A DNA stretch of 4,258 nucleotides, taken from the IMG/VR virus record IMGVR_UViG_2706794694_000006; one strand, written 5' to 3'. Source of the stretch: a virus (lineage: Duplodnaviria > Heunggongvirae > Uroviricota > Caudoviricetes). Both the position numbers and the translations under genes were made by a program. The notes beneath the pieces are model-generated. The model searched no databases and had not been told where the DNA came from. It saw nothing but the letters and a program-made list of their open reading frames with translations. Positions 1 through 4,258 of this stretch are shown piece by piece (within the stretch, counting starts at the first letter, position 1; every line of letters starts with the position of its first letter).

Positions 1-78
1 GGTTATCGCTCGCCACGGGAATATCTGCGGCAGCGGGCTTGTAATGGGTTAAGTGATAACAGATGTCTGGAAATATAG
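1..78 (+). CDS. insD: IS2 transposase OrfB (InsD), C-terminal 25 codons only; 5'-partial, runs off the window start
   Basis: Frame 1 is open from position 1 to the TAG stop at 76-78. The peptide GYRSPREYLRQRACNGLSDNRCLEI matches the recalled end of InsD. Not in the ORF track because it has no start codon in the window. Confidence 0.7.
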   Translation, partial: GYRSPREYLRQRACNGLSDNRCLEI

Positions 79-89
79 GGGCAAATCCA
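1..89 (+). mobile_element. Right terminus of insertion sequence IS2 (IS3 family): 3' end of the transposase ORF plus the right inverted repeat; the body of the element lies upstream of the window
   Basis: Positions 1-89 match my recollection of the IS2 right end, which terminates in ...GTTAAGTGATAACAGATGTCTGGAAATATAGGGGCAAATCCA. Frame 1 translates as GYRSPREYLRQRACNGLSDNRCLEI then TAG at 76-78, the remembered C-terminus of IS2 OrfB/InsD. Sequence character changes immediately after position 89. Confidence 0.8.
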
Positions 90-257
90 ATCGTCGCCGT
101 ATTCCCGTATTAACAGAGACCGTAGCCCGACGGGGAACTCCTTCTGCGCGAGTGTGCGGGAATAATCAAAAACGATGCACACCGGGGTTACCGGGTACAC
201 ATATTTCATCATGCCAGCGAGTCCGGTTCTGGCACGGAAGAAACCGGACGTTATGAT

Positions 258-668
258 TTAGTGCGGAAATATTTGTGTAGTGTTCTGTATGTTCTCAGTA
301 AAGAGTAATGAATTATCAAAGGTATAGTAATACCTTTTGTTTTCGTGGATATTTGTAATCCATCTGAAAACCCCTGCTGTAGCAAGATTTTTCCTGTATT
401 CGTAAAATGATAACTCTCCTGATTTGAATCCTTTTAAGGTGGCTTCTATAAGGCATTTATTTTTTGAAAATCTTACATTTACAACCTTACCCTGTCCTTT
501 TATTAAAACCGTATTATCGTTTTCAAGAACAAGATGAATATTCTCTGTGGCTAAATAGTAAATGTAATGTGAGACATTGTGACGTTTTAGTTCAGAATAA
601 AACCAGTGATAGTTTAAATTATTTCGCACTTTATCGAATATTTGTTTAAAAATGGCAACCTGAGCCAT
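258..668 (-). CDS. Hypothetical protein, 136 aa (141 aa if the upstream ATG at 681-683 is used); AT-rich, moron-like accessory gene of unknown function
   Basis: A 142-codon open frame on the minus strand in DNA of roughly 30% GC, where stop codons are frequent, so an ORF this long is unlikely by chance. The second ATG (666-668) is preceded by GGAAGG with a 7-nt spacer, a good Shine-Dalgarno; the first ATG (681-683) has none. Stop is TAA at 258-260. No transmembrane segment or recognisable catalytic motif seen by eye; rich in Tyr, Asn and Lys. Confidence 0.55.
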   Translation of the reverse strand: MAQVAIFKQIFDKVRNNLNYHWFYSELKRHNVSHYIYYLATENIHLVLENDNTVLIKGQGKVVNVRFSKNKCLIEATLKGFKSGELSFYEYRKNLATAGVFRWITNIHENKRYYYTFDNSLLFTENIQNTTQIFPH

Positions 669-725
669 TGTAGTACCTTCCATGTGATATGAGGGGGCGT
701 AGTCTGCACGATTATCTAAATTGCT

Positions 726-959
726 TCAATCTGGTCTAACCTGTTTTCTGAGCAATTCAGTAATGTCACTCTTTTCTTTGTTTGCTTCAGGCGAAACTCT
801 TTTTTCTGAGCACAGTCTCCGGCGGCAGGCTTCAATGACCCAGGCTGAGAAATTCCCGGACCCTTTTTGAACAAGAGCGATGTTAATTTGTTCAATCATT
901 TGGTTAGGAAAGCGGATGTTGCGGGTTGTTGTTCTGCGGGTTCTGTTCTTCGTTGACAT
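726..959 (-). CDS. Arc/Mnt-type ribbon-helix-helix (RHH) DNA-binding protein, 77 aa
   Basis: Minus-strand ORF with ATG at 957-959 and TGA at 726-728. Residues 13-47 (RNIRFPNQMIEQINIALVQKGSGNFSAWVIEACRRRL) fit the Arc/Mnt pattern of N-[IL]-R-[FW]-P beta strand, helix A, G-[RS]-x-[NS] turn and helix B (compare P22 Arc FNLRWPREVLDLVRKVAEENGRSVNSEIYQRVMESF). Basic N-terminal arm (KNRTRRTTTR). Lies 42-57 bp upstream of the 136-aa gene on the same strand. Confidence 0.65.
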   Translation of the reverse strand: MSTKNRTRRTTTRNIRFPNQMIEQINIALVQKGSGNFSAWVIEACRRRLCSEKRVSPEANKEKSDITELLRKQVRPD

Positions 960-1106
960 GAGGTTGCCCTGTATTCAGTGTCGCTGATTTGTATTGTCTG
1001 AAGTTGTTTTTACGTTAAGTTGATGCAGATCAATTAATACGATACCTGCGTCATAATTGATTATTTGACGTGGTTTGATGGCGTAGATGCACGTTGTGAC
1101 ATGTAG

Positions 1107-1123
1107 ATGATAATTATTATCAT
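1107..1123. repeat. 17-bp perfect palindrome ATGATAAT-T-ATTATCAT just upstream of cosQ
   Basis: Read directly: 8-bp arms at 1107-1114 and 1116-1123 are exact reverse complements around a central T at 1115. Function unknown; could be a protein-binding site. Confidence 0.6.
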
Positions 1124-1128
1124 TTTGC

Positions 1129-1135
1129 GGGTCCT
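1129..1135 (+). other. cosQ-like element (GGGTCCT) of the lambda-type cos site
   Basis: GGGTCCT lies 23-29 bp upstream of the predicted top-strand nick, the same spacing I recall for lambda cosQ. Flanking sequence GGGTCCTTTCCGGCGATCCGACAGGTTACG resembles the lambda right end. Confidence 0.5.
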
Positions 1136-1158
1136 TTCCGGCGATCCGACAGGTTACG

Positions 1159-1170
1159 GGGCGGAAGGCG
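1159..1170 (+). other. cosN: 12-nt segment between the two terminase nick positions (cohesive-end sequence), here GGGCGGAAGGCG
   Basis: Sits between lambda-like flanks CGACAGGTTACG (right-end side, ending at 1158) and CGCGGGTTTTCGCTATTTATGA (left-end side, from 1171). The 12-mer differs from the canonical lambda overhang GGGCGGCGACCT in its right half. Nu1 start is 189 bp downstream, as in lambda. Confidence 0.7.
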
Positions 1171-1210
1171 CGCGGGTTTTCGCTATTTATGACAATTTTC
1201 CGGTTTAAGG

Positions 1211-1327
1211 CGTTTCCGTTCTTCTTCGCCGTAACCTAATGTTTTTATTTAAAACACCCCCTGAAAAGAAAGGAAACGACAGGTGCTGAAAACGGGCTTT
1301 TTGGCCTCTGTCGTTTCCTTTCTCTGT
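1211..1327 (+). promoter_or_regulatory. cosB: terminase small-subunit (Nu1) binding region with R3, IHF site I1, R2 and R1 elements
   Basis: R3 CGTTTCCGTTCTTCTT at 1211-1226; A/T-rich IHF-like segment at about 1231-1258; R2 in inverted orientation (AGAAAGGAAACGACAG, 1268-1283); R1 (CTGTCGTTTCCTTTCT, 1308-1323). R2 and R1 are a perfect 16-bp inverted repeat separated by 24 bp. Arrangement and position between cosN and Nu1 match lambda cosB. Confidence 0.75.
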
Positions 1328-1347
1328 TTTTGTCCGTGGAATGAACA

Positions 1348-1867
1348 ATGGAAGTCAACAAAAAGCAGCTGGCTGACATTTTCGGTGCGAGTATCCGTAC
1401 CATTCAGAACTGGCAGGAACAGGGAATGCCCGTTCTGCGAGGCGGTGGCAAGGGTAATGAGGTGCTTTATGACTCTGCCGCCGTTATAAGATGGTATGCC
1501 GAAAGGGATGCTGAAATTGAGAACGAAAAGCTGCGCCGGGAAGTTGAAGAACTGCGGCAGGCCAGCGAGACAGATCTCCAGCCAGGGACTATTGAGTACG
1601 AACGCCATCGACTTACGCGTGCGCAGGCCGACGCACAGGAGCTGAAAAATGCCAGAGACTCCGCTGAAGTGGTGGAAACCGCATTCTGTACTTTCGTGCT
1701 GTCGCGGATCGCAGGTGAAATTGCCAGTATTCTCGACGGGATCCCCCTGTCGGTGCAGCGGCGTTTTCCGGAACTGGAAAACCGACATGTTGATTTCCTG
1801 AAACGGGATATCATCAAAGCCATGAACAAAGCAGCCGCGCTGGATGAACTGATACCGGGGTTGCTGA

Positions 1868-1893
<26 letters not shown>
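1348..1893 (+). CDS. nu1: Terminase small subunit Nu1 (lambda gpNu1 family), 181 aa
   Basis: ORF-track protein MEVNKKQLADIFGASIRTIQNWQEQGMPVLRGGGKGNEV... is recognisable as lambda gpNu1, with the N-terminal winged-helix DNA-binding region and GGGKGNE nucleotide-binding segment. Same length as lambda Nu1, a few substitutions relative to my recollection. Stop TAA at 1891-1893. Confidence 0.95.

Positions 1894-4258
<2,365 letters not shown>

Noticed and set aside
222-248. Hairpin (TCCGGTT ... AACCGGA, 7-bp stem) just downstream of the 136-aa gene stop on the minus strand
   Set aside because: Loop is about 13 nt and there is no U-tract after the stem on either strand, so it does not meet criteria for an intrinsic terminator. 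It may still be an mRNA-stabilising stem-loop.
3-256. ORF-track ORFs 3..212 (-) and 53..256 (+)
   Set aside because: Both cross the IS2 boundary at 89/90 and are chimeric read-throughs of unrelated sequence. The plus-strand one also overlaps the genuine InsD C-terminus in another frame. Only the 90-212 minus-strand portion is kept, as a low-interest finding.
567-584. R-x4-H (RHNVSH) and, at 343-363, R-x5-H (RWITNIH) motifs in the 136-aa protein, reminiscent of HEPN RNase motifs
   Set aside because: Short degenerate motifs that occur frequently by chance; no supporting alpha-helical HEPN context can be assessed by eye. Not sufficient to call a HEPN domain.
464-649. 61-aa plus-strand ORF inside the AT-rich region
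   Set aside because: Entirely embedded antisense within the longer 136/141-aa minus-strand ORF, which has a good Shine-Dalgarno. Not strictly excluded, because lambda may carry a short plus-strand hypothetical ORF near this position.
960-1106. Sigma-70 promoter for the RHH / 136-aa gene pair in the region upstream of the RHH start (minus strand)
   Set aside because: Only weak hexamer candidates (for example TTAACG with a 19-nt spacer to TACAAA) were found by eye. A promoter probably exists here but cannot be placed with confidence.
1249-1829. Minus-strand ORFs 1249..1788 and 1467..1829 and plus-strand ORF 1283..1489
   Set aside because: They overlap cosB and the well-supported Nu1 gene in antisense or alternative frames and are typical spurious ORFs of GC-richer coding DNA.

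Overview
This window is the joined cohesive-end (cos) site and the start of the head-packaging operon of a lambda-family prophage, probably in an E. coli/Shigella-type host because an IS2 end is present. Left to right: the last 89 bp of an IS2 element (1-89); about 170 bp of flank; an AT-rich minus-strand gene for a 136-aa hypothetical protein (258-668), preceded on the same strand by a 77-aa Arc/Mnt-type ribbon-helix-helix gene (726-959); the phage right-end non-coding region with a 17-bp palindrome, cosQ, cosN and cosB (1107-1327); then terminase small subunit Nu1 (1348-1893), terminase large subunit A (1868-3948, broken by a 179-nt run of N at 2492-2670), head-tail joining protein W (3945-4151) and the first 37 codons of portal protein B (4148-4258). 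The terminase-W-B block is recognisably lambda-like at protein level. The best candidate for something undescribed is the RHH plus AT-rich 136-aa gene pair, but its function cannot be read from sequence. The N-run hides whatever lies inside the terminase gene and is inconsistent in length and frame with a simple gap. All comparisons to lambda are from memory; no database search was run.
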